DNA of 64,000 nucleotides from the NCBI GenBank assembly GCA_963754975.1, contig CAVWII010000017.1:14287-78286 (forward strand), written 5' to 3'. The stretch comes from an uncultured Alphaproteobacteria bacterium (lineage in GTDB: Bacteria > Pseudomonadota > Alphaproteobacteria > Rhizobiales > Beijerinckiaceae). Below, piece by piece: positions 43,166 through 54,936 of this stretch. The first letter of the stretch is position 1. The number at the start of each line of letters is the position of its first letter. Below the pieces are notes generated by a model. It was given only the letters and a program-made list of their open reading frames with translations. It had not been told where the DNA came from and searched no databases. Made by a program: the position numbers and the translations under genes.

Positions 43166-44412
43166 CGTCTGGGGTCGCGAGCGTCTGGGGTCGCGCCGCC
43201 CCTCGTAGACGGCTCCTGGTCCCGCATCAGGCGCGGCGCGCCGATGCGCGGGAGCACCCCTTCGCGCATGACGAGGCGGCGAAGCGGACCCACCGTCCCG
43301 ATGGCCAGCAGGCCGGCTCCGCGCAGGAAGTCGGCGGGGAGCAATCCGGTGAGGAGCGTCCGGTTGAGGCTGTCGACGGCGGCGGTCCGCAGCCGCACGT
43401 CGAAGTCGCGCCCACGCTGATAGGCAAGGAGGGTCGCTTCCGCGCCGATGCCGCGACCGGCTGCGCAGGCGTCGGCGACGGCGTCGCGCAGCGCCGCCAC
43501 ATCGCGCAGGCCGAGATTCAGCCCCTGCGCGCCGATCGGCGGCAGGACGTGCGCCGCCTCGCCGACGAGAGCCAGACGCGGCCCGTAGTAGCGCGCAACG
43601 GTCAAACCCGAGAGTGGGACGCTCCCGCGCGGCCCGTCGATGGCCATGGCCCCGAGGATCGACTGCGCCTGCCTCTCGATCACCCGCGCCAGCGCATCGT
43701 CGGTGAGGGCGGAGAGCGCCTCCGCCCGCTCCGGCGAGGTCACCCAGACGAGGCTCGACCGGCGGCCGGGGAGGGGGACGAGGGTGAAGGGGCCCTGACG
43801 GGTGTGGAACTCGGTCGAGGTCTCCCGGTGCTCGCGGGCATGGGACAGGATCGTCGTCAGCGCGGATTGCGGGTAGGCCCAGGTCCGCGTCGCGATGCCG
43901 GAGGCCTCCCGCAGGGCCGAGCGGCGGCCGTCGGCCGCGACGGCGAGGGCCGCGGCGAGCTCCGATCCGTCGGCGAGCGTAAGGATGGCGGCGTCCCCGT
44001 CAAACCGGGCCGCCCGCACCGTGCCTTCGACGAGGCGGAGCCCGCCGCTTCGGCGCGCCGCGGCGGCGAGGCGGTCGACGAGGGTGGCGTTCTCGACGTT
44101 CCAGCCGAAGGCGTCGAGATCGATCTCGCGGGCATTGAACGTCACCGGCGGCGGCCGGAAGAGACTGCCGGTATCGTCGACGATCCGCATGGTCTCGAGG
44201 GGCGCGGCGTCCGGGGCGACCGCGTCCCAGACGCCGAGCGCCTTCAGGAACCGTACCGAACCGCCGAGGAGGGCGACGGTGCGTCCGTCGCGGCGCGCGC
44301 CCACCGGCCCGACGAGGGCGGTGCGAAACCCCTCCCGCGCGAAGGCGAGGGCGGCCGTAAGGCCGGCGGCCCCGGCGCCGACGACTGCGATGTCGAAGGG
44401 TTCGTCCGCCAC
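43162..44412 (-). CDS. UbiH/UbiL-family FAD-dependent ubiquinone hydroxylase
   Basis: VVGAGAAG, AADG.RS..R, LVGEAAH..PPIGAQGLNLGLRD motifs. Confidence 0.92.
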   Translation of the reverse strand: MADEPFDIAVVGAGAAGLTAALAFAREGFRTALVGPVGARRDGRTVALLGGSVRFLKALGVWDAVAPDAAPLETMRIVDDTGSLFRPPPVTFNAREIDLDAFGWNVENATLVDRLAAAARRSGGLRLVEGTVRAARFDGDAAILTLADGSELAAALAVAADGRRSALREASGIATRTWAYPQSALTTILSHAREHRETSTEFHTRQGPFTLVPLPGRRSSLVWVTSPERAEALSALTDDALARVIERQAQSILGAMAIDGPRGSVPLSGLTVARYYGPRLALVGEAAHVLPPIGAQGLNLGLRDVAALRDAVADACAAGRGIGAEATLLAYQRGRDFDVRLRTAAVDSLNRTLLTGLLPADFLRGAGLLAIGTVGPLRRLVMREGVLPRIGAPRLMRDQEPSTRGGATPDARDPRR

Positions 44413-44414
44413 CC

Positions 44415-46143
44415 TCAGCCCTCCGGCTGCACGGCGCCGTCCCGCGCCGCGGCCTTGCGCGCCTCGGGGACCGTCGGCGCGAAGCGGGCAGGCGGAATGT
44501 CGACCTTTTCGCGCGCCAGCATCGTCCGGACAAGGGGCGAGGCGCCGGCGACGTAGAGCCCGGCGCCGTTGGCGTGCGCCCGCTCGACGAACGCGCGCAA
44601 CGACGAGGCGGCGCTGGCATCGGCGAACGGGACGCTCGAGAGATCGAGGATGACCGTCTTCGGGAAGCCGCCGATGCGCTCGAGCGTCGTTGCGAGGGTG
44701 CCGGAGGCGCCGAAGAAGAGCGGGCCCGTGATGCGGTAGACCATGACGTCGCCGGTCTCGCCGGCGAAGGGCGCGCGGCCGGTCGTCGTCGGCCACGTCC
44801 TCGTCGACGAGGGGCGTGCCGGTCTCGACCGCGACGACCCGGGCCATGCGGTGCATGAACAGGAACGCAGCCGAGCACGACGCCGGCCAGAATGCCCTCG
44901 CGTCAGGTCGCGGAAGACCGTGAGGAGGAACGTCACGAGGAGGACCAGCGCCTCGCCGCGGCGAGCGCCGGAGGGTCGCCACGAATTCGTGCCGCTCGGC
45001 CATCGAGCCAGGCGACGACGACGAGGATCGCGGCGAGCGCCGCAAGCGGGATGTAGGAGGCAAGCGGCGCCGCGAAGACCATGAAGGCGAGGATGAAAAT
45101 CGAATGCAGCATGCCCGAGACCGGGCCGATGGCGCCGGCGCGCACGTTCGTCGCCGTGCGCGCGATGGTGCCGGTCGCGCAGAGCCCGCCGAAGGCGGCG
45201 CAGGCGACGTTGGCGATCCCCTGCGCCACGAGTTCGCAGTTCGAGCGATGGCGACGGCCGGTCATGGCGTCGGCGACGACGGCGGAGAGGAGCGATTCGA
45301 TGCCGCCGAGGAGCGCCAGCGACAGGGCGTCCGGCAGCACGTCGATGATGCGCTCGAGCGCTCATCTCCGGCAGCGCCGGCAGCGGGCAGCGCGTTGGGG
45401 ATGCCGCCGAAGCGCGTGCCGATGGTCTCGACTCGGCAGGCCGAAGAGCGCGCGGCCGCGACCGAGGCCAGCGCAATCGCGATGAGGAAGCCGGGCCAGG
45501 ACGGCCGCAAGCGCCTGCAGCGAGGAGGATCGTCGCGATGCTGAGAGTACGGCGATCGCCGAAGCGGCCGGGTTCCAGGTGCCCGCCGCCGCCACAGGGC
45601 ATCGAGCTTCGGCACGAACGCGGCCGGCTCCTCGCCCGGCGAGGGTCAGGCCGAAGAGGTCGCGCAGCTGGCTCGCGAAGATGATGGCGCGCGATGCCGG
45701 CGGTGAAGCCGACGTCACCGGTTGCGGGATGTACTTGATGTAGGTTCCGAGCCGCAGGAGCCCGACCGCGATGCAGGATCAGGCCGGCGATCGATCGTCG
45801 CGAGGAAGAACCCGTCGAGCCCGTGCCGCTCGATCGTCGCCGCGATGAGGACGATGAAGGCGCCCGCAGGCCCGCCGATCTGGAAACGGCTGCCGCCGAG
45901 CGCGGAGATCAGGAAACCGCCGACGATCGCCGTGTAGAGCCCGCGCTCGGGCGTCGTGCCGCAGGCGATGGCGATTGCCATCGACAGGGGCAGCGCGACG
46001 ATGGCGACGGTGAGCCCGGCGGCGACGTCGGCCTTGAGCTGCGCAAGGCCGTAGCCCTCCCGCAGGACGGTCACGAGCTTCGGCGTGAACAGCTCGCGGA
46101 AGCTCGGCTTGCGGGCAGGGGCGAGGGGCGTGACGGTCAGCAT
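44415..46143 (-). CDS. SulP family anion transporter with STAS domain; many frameshifts
   Basis: AG.TVAIVALPLSMA.AIA, GLYTAI.GG, GGP.GAF, IESLLSAVVAD, ELVAQG.AN, IARTATN and GPLFFGA across frames. Confidence 0.9.
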
Positions 46144-46244
46144 CTGGCGAGGCACCGGATTCGGGCGACAGTAAATCATGCCGGCCTATTGCCGAATGAA
46201 CGGTCCGCGGCTTCCTATGATCAAACGCGGACGGAGGGCAGGCA

Positions 46245-47227
46245 ATGGCAAAGGCCATTCGAGTTCACGCGACCGGCGGACCGGAGGCGATGTCAGCTCG
46301 AGGAGGTGGCGGTGCCCGAGCCCGGGCCCGGGCGAGATCCGCATCCGCCAGCCGCGCTATCGGCGTCAATTTCATCGACGTCTATTACCGCACCGGCCTT
46401 ATCAGGCGCCGTCGCTGCCGTTCACGCCCGGCCAGCGAGGGCGCGGGCGAGGTCGTCGCGGTCGGCGAGGGGGTGAGCGATTTCAAGCCGGGCGACCGGG
46501 TCGCCTATGCCAGCAGCCTCGGCGGCTATGCCGAGCGAGCGCATCATCGACGCGAAGCTGTGGTCAAGGTGCCGGACGGCGATCTCCGACGAGACCGCCG
46601 CGGCGATGATGCTGAAGGGACTGACGGCGCAGTACCTCCTGCGCCGCACGTTCTCGGTGCAGGCCGGCCAGACGATCCTGTTCCACGCCGCCGCGGGCGG
46701 CGTCGGGCTCATCGCCTGCCAATGGGCGAAGGCTCTCGGCGCCACGGTGATCGGCACGGTCGGCTCGCAGGACAAGGAGGAACTCGCCCGCGCGAACGGC
46801 TGCGACCACGTCATCCTCTACCGGAACGAGGATTTCGTCGCCCGCGTCAAGCGAGATCACCGGCGGCGAGATGTGCGACGTCGTCTACGACGGCGTCGGC
46901 AAGGCGACCTTTCCCGCCTCCCTCGATTGCCTGAAGCCGTTCGGCATGTTCGTCAGCTTCGGCTCGTCTTCGGGGCCGATCGAGCCGTTCAACATCCTCC
47001 TTCTGTCGCAGAAGGGCTCGCTCTACGCGACGCGGCCGACGCTCGTCACGCACACCTCGCGACCGCGACGTCCTCCTCGCGATGGCGAAAGACCTTTTCG
47101 ACGTCGTGAGTCGGCGGGCAGGTCAAGATCCCGGTCCATTCCCGGCTGCCGCTCGCCGAAGCGGCGGAGGCGCATCGCGCTCTCGAATGGCGCGGAGACG
47201 ACCGGCGCGACCGTCCTGATGCCCTGA
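46245..47227 (+). CDS. qor: NADPH:quinone oxidoreductase (zeta-crystallin/MDR); many frameshifts
   Basis: GVNFIDVY.R.G, EGAGEV, LKGLTAQYLL, HAAAGGVG, VVYDGVG and KGSLYATRP. Confidence 0.9.
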
Positions 47228-47239
47228 GGACGAGCCGCG

Positions 47240-48792
47240 GTGAGCCGCGCCGACTCGCCGACATCGCCCCTCGTCGCCCTGCGCGGCATCATCCAAGCGC
47301 TACGGCGAACTCCTCGCCAACGACGGCATCGACCTCTCGATCCGCGCCGGGCGAGATCCACGCGCTGCTCGGCGAAAACGGCGCGGGCAAGTCGACGCTG
47401 GTGAAGATCCTCTACGGCGTCGTCGAGCCCAGCGCCGGAGAAATCCTGTGGAGGGCAGGCCGGTCGCGATCGCGCTCGCCCGTCGCCGCGCGGGCGCTCG
47501 GCCTCGGCATGGTCTTCCAGCACTTCTCGCTCTTCGACGAACTGACCGTCGCCGAGAACATCGCCGTCGCCCTGTCCGACACCTGGGCAGCCTCGCGCCA
47601 GGTGCGCGCGCGCGCTCGCGGAGGTCAGCGCGCTACTACGGCCTCGCGCTCGAGCCGGACCGGGCGGTGTGGACGCTCTCCGCAGGCGAGCGCCAGCGCA
47701 TCGAGATCGTGCGCTGCCTGTTGCAGAATCCGAAGCTGCTCATCCTCGACGAGCCGACCTCGGTGCTGACGCCGCAGGAGGCGGAGAGCCTGTTCGGACG
47801 CTCGAGCGGCTGCTCGAGCGAGGGCTGCGCGATCCTCTACATCTCGCACAAGCTCGAGGAGGTGCGGCGCCTGTGCCGGCGCGCCACGATCCTGCGCGGC
47901 GGCCGGGTCGTCGCGAGCCTCGATCCGCGCGCCGCGAGCGCCCGCGAGATCGCCGCCCTCATGGTCGGCACCGAGGTCGGCGAGGTGCGCGCGAGCCCGC
48001 CTGACGCGGACGGCCCCGAGATGCTGCGGGTCGCCGGGCTCCGCGCCCGCGGCCTCGGCACGCACGGGATGCCGCTTGCCGGAATCGAGCTGTCGGTGCG
48101 CTCCGGCGAAGTCGTCGGCATCGCCGGCATCGCCGGCAACGGCCAGAGCGAACTCTTCGCGGTCCTCTCCGGCGAGCGCCTTGCCGAGCGACACGGATGC
48201 CATCCGCATCGGCGGACGGCCGTCGGCGGTCTCGGCGTCGAGGCGCGGCGCCGGCTCGGCGCCGCCTTCGTGCCGGAGGAACGCCTCGGCCACGCGGCGG
48301 CGCCAACCCATCGGCTCAGCGAGAATACGCTCGTCACGCATCACTCGGCGGGGGAGGTCAGCCGGGCCGGCTTTCTGCGGCCGGAACGCGGCCCGGCGTC
48401 TCGCCCGCGGCATCGTCGAGGCCTTCGACGTGCGCGGGCCGGAGCCCGACCCGCAGGCGCGAAAGCTCTCGGGCGGCAACCTGCAGAAGTTCGTCGTCGG
48501 CCGCGAGGTGATCCGCAAGCCGCAGCTCCTCGTCGTCGACCAGCCGACCTGGGGCGTCGATGCCGGCGCCGCCCGCCTCATCCGGCAGGCCCTCGTCGAC
48601 CTCGCCCGCGGCGGCAGCGCCGTCGTCGTGGTCAGCCAGGACCTCGACGAGCTTTTCGAGATGGCCGACCGGCTTGCGGTGATCCATGCCGGGCGCCTCA
48701 GCGCGGCGCGGCCGACCGCCGAATGGACCCGCGAGGCGATCGGCCTCGACATGCTCGGCGTCGCCGGGGGGCAGGGCGCCCATGCGGCTTGA
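47240..48792 (+). CDS. Two-domain ABC ATP-binding protein (CUT2/nucleoside type); many frameshifts
   Basis: ALLGENGAGKSTL, MVFQHFSL, LS.GERQR.EI, LILDEPT and LSGGNLQK. Confidence 0.9.
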
Positions 48793-49860
48793 ACTCGTGC
48801 CGCGTCCGACCGTCTCGCCTGGGCGCGCGCGCTCGCGCCCGTCGCCGCCTTCCTCGCCGCCTTCGCGATCGCCGGCTTCGTCATCGCGCTGCTCGGCCAA
48901 TCGCCCATGGCGGCGTTCAAAGTCTATGTCAGCGACCCTCTGCAAGACCCTTGGGCGCTTCAGGAACTCCTGGTCAAGGCGACGCCGCTCCTGCTCATCG
49001 CCATCGGCCTGTCCTATTGCTTCCGCGCGAACCTCTGGAACATCGGCGCGGAGGGCCAGTACGTCATCGGCGCGGTCTTCGGCAGCTGGCTCGCGCTCAC
49101 GACCCACGGCACGGAGGCGGGGATCTGGGTGCTGCCGGCGATGATGCTCCTCGGCATTGCCGGCGGGATGCTCTACGGCCTCATCCCGGCCGTCCTGAAA
49201 ACCCGCTTCGGGGTCAGCGAGATCCTGACGAGCCTGATGCTCGTCTACGTCGCGCAGCTCTTCCTCGACTACCTCGCCCGCGGCCCCTGGCGCGACCCGA
49301 AGGGCATGAACTTCCCGCAATCGGTGACCTTCGATCCGGCCGCGACCCTGCCGCCGATCCTGGAGAGCGGCCGCGTGCATCTCGGCTTCGTCTTCGCGCT
49401 CCTCGCGGTCGCGATCACCTTCGTGATCGTCGGCCGGACGCTGTTCGGCTATCGCCTGCGGCTGACCGGCGACGCGCCCCGGGCGGCGCGCTTTGCCGGC
49501 TTCGACGCGCGGCGCACGACGCTTGCCGCCTTCGCCATCTCGGGCGGCCTTGCGGGGCTTGCCGGCATCGTCGAGGTCTCGGGGCAGATCGGCCAGCTCC
49601 AGCCGACGATCTCGCCGGGCTACGGCTTCACCGCCATCACCGTCGCCTTCCTCGGCCGGCTGCATCCTGTCGGCATCCTCGTCGCGGCCCTCGTCGTCGC
49701 GCTGACCTTCATCGGCGGCGAGAGCGCTCAGATCCTGCTGCGACTGCCCCTCGACCTCACCCAGGCCTTCCAGGGCATGCTCCTCCTCTGCGTCCTTGCC
49801 GCCGACGCGCTCGTGACGAACCGCTTCCGGATCGTCCGGCGAGGGATGGCCGCCGCATGA
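48782..49860 (+). CDS. ABC permease (nucleoside/purine type); frameshift near 5' end
   Basis: WNIGAEGQ, EIL.SLML.Y, SGGLAGLAG and GYGFTAI.VAFLG motifs. Confidence 0.9.
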
Positions 49861-50774
49861 CCGCCTTCGAAGCGATCCTTCTCACCGTCGTCACCGCCTC
49901 GACGCCGCTGCTCATCGCGGCGCTCGGCGAACTCGTCGCCGAGCGCTCCGGCGTCCTCAATCTCGGCGTCGAGGGCATGATGGTGATGGGCGCCGCGTGC
50001 AGCTTTGCCGCCGCCGTCACCTTCGATTCCTCCCTCGTCGGCGTGTTCTGCGGGATCCTGGCCGGGGCGCTGATGGCGGCTCTGTTCGCCCTCGTCGTGC
50101 TCGGGTTTGCGGCGAACCAGGTCGGCTCGGGCCTTGCGCTGACGATCCTCGGCCTCGGCCTGTCGGGCTTGATCGGCGCCTCCTTCGTCGGCTCGCGGCG
50201 GGACCCGATCCCGCAGCTTTCGCTGCCCGTCCTCAGCGATCTGCCGCTCGTCGGCGGGCTCCTGTTTTCGCAGGATGCCTTCGTCTACGGCTCGTTCGCG
50301 CTGACCATCGCCGTGGCCTGGTTCCTCAGTCGCACCCGTGCCGGCCTCGTCCTGCGCTCGGTCGGCGAGAACCACGCCTCCGCCCACGCCCTCGGCCTGC
50401 CGGTCCTGAAAGTGCGCTTCCTCGCGATCCTGTTCGGCGGCGCCTGCGCGGGGCTTGCGGGAAGCTATCTGTCGCTCGTCTACACCCGCTTCTGGTCGCC
50501 CGGCATGACCGCCGGCCGCGGCTGGATCGCGCTTGCCCTCGTCGTCTTCGCCGCCTGGCGCCCCGCCTGGGCCCTCGTCGGCGCCTACGTCTTCGGCGCC
50601 GCCACCGTGCTCCAGCTCCACGCCCAGGCGGCGCAGTTCGGCCTGCCCTCGCAGGCCCTCGCCGCGACGCCCTACCTCGCGACGATCCTGGCGCTCCTCC
50701 TCCTCTCGCTCCGCCACGGCCGCGCCTTCGGCACACCCGGCTCCCTCGGAGTGCCGTTCGTGCCGGACCGGTGA
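49857..50774 (+). CDS. ABC permease (nucleoside/purine type)
   Basis: TPLL.AALGE..AERSGVLNLGVEG and GRGWIALA.V.F..WRP motifs. Confidence 0.92.
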   Translation: MTAFEAILLTVVTASTPLLIAALGELVAERSGVLNLGVEGMMVMGAACSFAAAVTFDSSLVGVFCGILAGALMAALFALVVLGFAANQVGSGLALTILGLGLSGLIGASFVGSRRDPIPQLSLPVLSDLPLVGGLLFSQDAFVYGSFALTIAVAWFLSRTRAGLVLRSVGENHASAHALGLPVLKVRFLAILFGGACAGLAGSYLSLVYTRFWSPGMTAGRGWIALALVVFAAWRPAWALVGAYVFGAATVLQLHAQAAQFGLPSQALAATPYLATILALLLLSLRHGRAFGTPGSLGVPFVPDR

Positions 50775-50852
50775 ATCGCCGTTGCAGGCGCCCTTTCTTC
50801 CTGCAACGAATACGTCTCGGAAACATCCGCAAGCACAGAACAGGGGAACAGA

Positions 50853-51932
50853 ATGATCACGCGTCGAACGCTCGGACTTCTCGCCACGGCCGCCGCGCTG
50901 GCGCTTGCGGCCGGTGGCGCCGTGGCGCAGCAGAAAAAGCTCAAGGTCGGGTTCATCTATGTCGGGCCGGTCGGCGATCTCGGCTGGAGCTATCAGCACG
51001 ACCAGGGCCGCAAGGCGATCGAGAAGGCCTTCGGCGACAAGGTCGAGACCACCTATGTCGAGAGCGTGCCGGAGGCCGATTCCGAGCGCGCGATCGAGCA
51101 GCTCGCCCGCACTGGCCACGGCCTCATCTTCACGACCTCCTTCGGCTTCATGGAGCCGACCCTGAAGGTCGCCAAGAAGTATCCGAACGTGAAGTTCGAG
51201 CACGCGACCGGCATCAAGCAGGCGCCGAACCTTGCGACCTACGCGGCGAAATTCCACGAGGGCCGCTACATCATCGGCCGCATCGCCGGCAAGATGACGA
51301 AGACCGGCACCATCGGCTATGTCGGCGCCTTCCCGATCCCGGAGGTCGTCGCCGGCATCAACTCCTATTTCCTCGGCGCCCAGTCGGTGAACCCCGACGT
51401 CAAGATCAAGGTCGTGTGGGTGAATTCCTGGTACGACCCGGCGAAGGAGGCGGACGGCGCCAAGGCGCTCCTCGATCAGGGCGTCGACGTCCTCGCCCAG
51501 CACACCGACAGTCCCTCGCCCCTGCAGCAGGCGGAAGGCCGCGGCAAGGTCGGCTTCGGCCAGGCCTCGAACATGGAGCGCTTCGCCCCGAAGGCGCAGC
51601 TCACGGCGATCATCGACAACTGGAGCGACTATTACGTCGAGCGCACGAAGGCCGTCCTCGACGGCACCTGGAAGTCCGGCGACACCTGGGGCGGGCTCGC
51701 CGCCGGCATGGTCGTGATGGCGCCCTACAAGAACATGCCCGACGACGTGAAGGCCCTGGCCGAGCAGACCCAGGCCGACATCAAGTCCGGCAAGCTCAAC
51801 CCGTTCAAGTGCCCGATCGTGAAGCAGGATGGCAGCGCCGTCGAATGCAAGGGCAAGGACGCGCTTGCCGACGAGCAGATCCTGGGCATGAATTTTTACG
51901 TGAAGGGGATCGACGACAAGCTGCCGCAATAG
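50853..51932 (+). CDS. BMP-family ABC substrate-binding protein
   Basis: Leader peptide, KVGFIYVGP.GD.GW...H, IFTTSFG, FEHATG and QHTDS motifs. Confidence 0.94.
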   Translation: MITRRTLGLLATAAALALAAGGAVAQQKKLKVGFIYVGPVGDLGWSYQHDQGRKAIEKAFGDKVETTYVESVPEADSERAIEQLARTGHGLIFTTSFGFMEPTLKVAKKYPNVKFEHATGIKQAPNLATYAAKFHEGRYIIGRIAGKMTKTGTIGYVGAFPIPEVVAGINSYFLGAQSVNPDVKIKVVWVNSWYDPAKEADGAKALLDQGVDVLAQHTDSPSPLQQAEGRGKVGFGQASNMERFAPKAQLTAIIDNWSDYYVERTKAVLDGTWKSGDTWGGLAAGMVVMAPYKNMPDDVKALAEQTQADIKSGKLNPFKCPIVKQDGSAVECKGKDALADEQILGMNFYVKGIDDKLPQ

Positions 51933-51951
51933 GCGTCTCGCACAGGCGCCC

Positions 51952-52154
51952 TTCGCCTCTCCCCGCTTGCGGGGAGAGGGCCGCCGAAGGCGGCAAGCCT
52001 GCGCAGCAGGCGAGGGTGAGGGGGCAGTCGCCGAAAGAGGCGCCGCAGCGAGGGAAGGCGCCTTGTCTTGCACCGCCCCCTCACCCCCGCTTCGCTTCGC
52101 TCCGCTCGTTCGGCCGAAGGCCGAACCCTCTCCCCGCAAGCGGGGAGAGGCGAA
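51952..52154. repeat. ~200-bp palindromic intergenic element, family 1, copy C
   Basis: Same architecture as copies A and B, followed by a half-unit (aagcggggagaggcg) at ~52170. Confidence 0.9.
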
Positions 52155-52205
52155 TCCGCGCCCTTCGCCAAGCGGGGAGAGGCGGTTGGGGCTGCATTTC
52201 CTCTC

Positions 52206-53522
52206 TCACACCGCCGCGCCGTGCAGGTCGTAGGCATCCGCGCGCTCGATCTTGACCGTCACGATGTCGCCGGCCCGCAACGGGCGGCGGGAGGAAACGT
52301 AGACGGAACCGTCGATCTCCGGCGCATCGGCCTTCGAGCGGCCCTTCGCGACCGTCGGTCCGGCCTCGTCGACGATGACCGACAGGCGGCGGCCGACCTT
52401 CGCCTGCATCCGCTTTGCGCTCACCTCCGCCTGCGCCTTCATGAAGCGGTGCCAGCGTTCTTCCTTGACCTCCGCCGGCACCGGGGCGGCCAGCGCATTG
52501 GCGGCGGCGCCTTTCACCGGCTCGTAGCGGAAGCAGCCGACCCGATCGAGCTTCGCTTCCTTCAGCCAGTCGAGGAGGATCGAAAAGTCCTCCTCCGTCT
52601 CGCCGGGAAAGCCGACGATGAAGGTCGAGCGCAGGGCGAGGTCCGGGCAGATCTCGCGCCAGCGGGCGAGGCGGGCGAGGGTCTTCTCCCCATGCGCCGG
52701 CCGGCGCATCGCCTTCAGCACGGCCGGGGAGGCGTGCTGGAAGGGGATGTCGAGATAGGGCAGCACCTTGCCCTCGGCCATCAGCGGGATGACCTCGTCG
52801 ACATGCGGATACGGGTAGACGTAGTGCAGCCGGACCCAGGCGCCGAGCTCGCCGAGTTCACGGGCGAGGTCGAAAAAGCGTGTCCTGACCTCGCGATCGC
52901 GCCACAGGCTCGGCCGATACTTGAGGTCGACGCCGTAGGCGCTGGTGTCCTGCGAGATGACCAGAAGCTCCTTGACGCCGGCCTTGACCAGCTTCTCCGC
53001 CTCCCGCAGCACGTCGCCGGCGGGCCGGCTGACGAGGTCGCCGCGCAGCTTCGGGATGATGCAGAAGGAGCAGCGGTTGTCGCAGCCCTCGGAGATCTTG
53101 AGGTAGGCGTAATGGCGCGGCGTCAGCTTCACGCCCTGGGGCGGCACGAGGTCGAGGAACGGGTCGTGCGCCGGCGGCACCGCCCTGTGGACGGCGGAGA
53201 CGACGCTCTCGTATTGCTGCGGCCCGGTGATGGCCAAAAGGTTCGGGAAGCGCTCGGTGATCTCGCCGGGCTCGGCGCCCATGCAGCCGGTGACGATGAC
53301 CTTGCCGTTCTCGGCCATGGCCTCGCCGATCGCGTGCAGCGATTCCGCCTTGGCGCTGTCGAGGAAGCCGCAGGTGTTGACGATGACCACGTCGGCGCCG
53401 TCATGGCGCTTCGCCAGTTCGTAGCCCTCGGCGCGCAGCTGCGTGATGATGCGCTCGGAATCGACCAGCGCCTTCGGGCAGCCGAGGGAGACGAACGAGA
53501 TCTTGGGGGCAGGGGCGTTCAC
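52206..53522 (-). CDS. rimO: Ribosomal protein S12 methylthiotransferase
   Basis: [30 protein letters not shown] and C-terminal TRAM domain APEIDG. Confidence 0.97.
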   Translation of the reverse strand: MNAPAPKISFVSLGCPKALVDSERIITQLRAEGYELAKRHDGADVVIVNTCGFLDSAKAESLHAIGEAMAENGKVIVTGCMGAEPGEITERFPNLLAITGPQQYESVVSAVHRAVPPAHDPFLDLVPPQGVKLTPRHYAYLKISEGCDNRCSFCIIPKLRGDLVSRPAGDVLREAEKLVKAGVKELLVISQDTSAYGVDLKYRPSLWRDREVRTRFFDLARELGELGAWVRLHYVYPYPHVDEVIPLMAEGKVLPYLDIPFQHASPAVLKAMRRPAHGEKTLARLARWREICPDLALRSTFIVGFPGETEEDFSILLDWLKEAKLDRVGCFRYEPVKGAAANALAAPVPAEVKEERWHRFMKAQAEVSAKRMQAKVGRRLSVIVDEAGPTVAKGRSKADAPEIDGSVYVSSRRPLRAGDIVTVKIERADAYDLHGAAV

Positions 53523-53586
53523 CGCCGTCCTGTCTCACGAAACCGCCCGCGGGTTCAACCGCCTCCGGTGCGGCGCAGAAGCGCCG

Positions 53587-54822
53587 TCAGCCGGCGGTCA
53601 TCATCACGCCCCGCCGGGCCTCGTGCAGGATGAACCCCTCGACCGGGTCGAACTCGCCCGACCAGGGCTCGCGTTCGAGCACCCGCATGGTGTCGGCGTA
53701 GCCCGCCTCCGAGCGCCTGGCGATGCCGGCGCGGCTGAAATCGATGTCCTTCGTATGGTCCTCGCCGTCGAGGGAGGGGGCGAGCAGGCGCACGACGTGC
53801 ATCCGCGTCAGGCAGCCGTAAGCGGCGAGCTCCTGCACCGTGTTCGAGGTCCGCTCGGATTCCGGCAGGCGGCGGGTCAATTCCGCGATGACGTGGCGCA
53901 GACGGTGGATCTGCTTCTGGCGGGCGATGTGGCTGACGGCGCGGCTCGAATACTGGATGTCCTTCTGCCGGCTCATGACCTGCCAGATGGTGTTCGGCTC
54001 GGCTCCGTCCGGGTTCCAGATATGGACCGCGAAGACGACCGAGTTTTTGCGCGGGTTGTCGTCGAACACCGCCTCGACCGGCGTGTTCGAGAGGATGCCG
54101 CCGTCCCAGAAAAGGTCGCCGTCGATCTCGATCGCCGGAAAGGCCGGGGGCAGGGCGCCCGAGGCCATGACGTGACGCAGATCGAGATCCTCGTCCCGGC
54201 TGTCGAAATAGCGCATTTCGCTGGTGCGGACGTTGGCGGCACCGACCGTCAGCCGGGTGCCGCCGCCGTTGACCCGCGAGAAGTCGACGAGCTCCCCGAG
54301 GGTCGAAGCGAGGGGCGCGGTGTCGTAGTAGCCGGCGCGGCCGGCACCGAGGGGCGTGTGCAGCCCGAAGAAGGCGGCCGGATTCGGCCGGAAGAAGGCC
54401 GGCAGGCCCTGCGCGATCGTGGCGAGGGTGGAGGCTGCCGGGCCGAAGACCGGGATCGCGGCGAGGAGGTCGACAAAGGGGTCGTGCTGCATCCGCCGCC
54501 AGAACTCGCCCATCCGGTCGAGCCGATCGCCGGGGGCGTTGCCGGCGATGAGGCTTGCGTTGATGGCCCCGATCGAGGTGCCGATCACCCAGGCGGGCTC
54601 GACGCCAGCCTCGTGGAGCGCCCGATAGACGCCGACCTGATAGGCCCCGAGCGCGCCGCCGCCCTGGAGAACGAGGACGATCTGGCCGAGCGCCTCCGGT
54701 ATGCCGCGGGGCGGGCGGGCAGGGGTCTCCGGCAGGGCCCGCTCGACGATCGCATCCGGGTCCGAGCCCGTTCGCGAAAGTTCCGCCGTCAGGGCCCGGT
54801 CGATGGTGCCGTCGTCCGCCAT
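53587..54822 (-). CDS. Patatin-like phospholipase
   Basis: LQGGGALGAYQ, GTSIG, ASGALPP.FP, DGG and KD.DFS motifs. Confidence 0.93.
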   Translation of the reverse strand: MADDGTIDRALTAELSRTGSDPDAIVERALPETPARPPRGIPEALGQIVLVLQGGGALGAYQVGVYRALHEAGVEPAWVIGTSIGAINASLIAGNAPGDRLDRMGEFWRRMQHDPFVDLLAAIPVFGPAASTLATIAQGLPAFFRPNPAAFFGLHTPLGAGRAGYYDTAPLASTLGELVDFSRVNGGGTRLTVGAANVRTSEMRYFDSRDEDLDLRHVMASGALPPAFPAIEIDGDLFWDGGILSNTPVEAVFDDNPRKNSVVFAVHIWNPDGAEPNTIWQVMSRQKDIQYSSRAVSHIARQKQIHRLRHVIAELTRRLPESERTSNTVQELAAYGCLTRMHVVRLLAPSLDGEDHTKDIDFSRAGIARRSEAGYADTMRVLEREPWSGEFDPVEGFILHEARRGVMMTAG

Positions 54823-54936
54823 GGTGTCTCTCCCGCTCTCGCCGATCGCCCGGGCGGACGGTGATCGAGGCCGAGGCCGGCGGGAAATATGAACCCTCTC
54901 TCGTTTCGATAGGGAGTCGCTATCCCACCGCCCGGC

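Noticed and set aside
43162-45063. 633-aa SulP-UbiH fusion ORF
   Set aside because: The N-terminal part is frameshifted sulP sequence. The hydroxylase starts at GTG 44412, just past the sulP stop.
47448-50774. 1108-aa ABC ATPase-permease fusion
   Set aside because: Mosaic of in-frame and off-frame segments caused by indels. Separate starts exist at 48782 and 49857.
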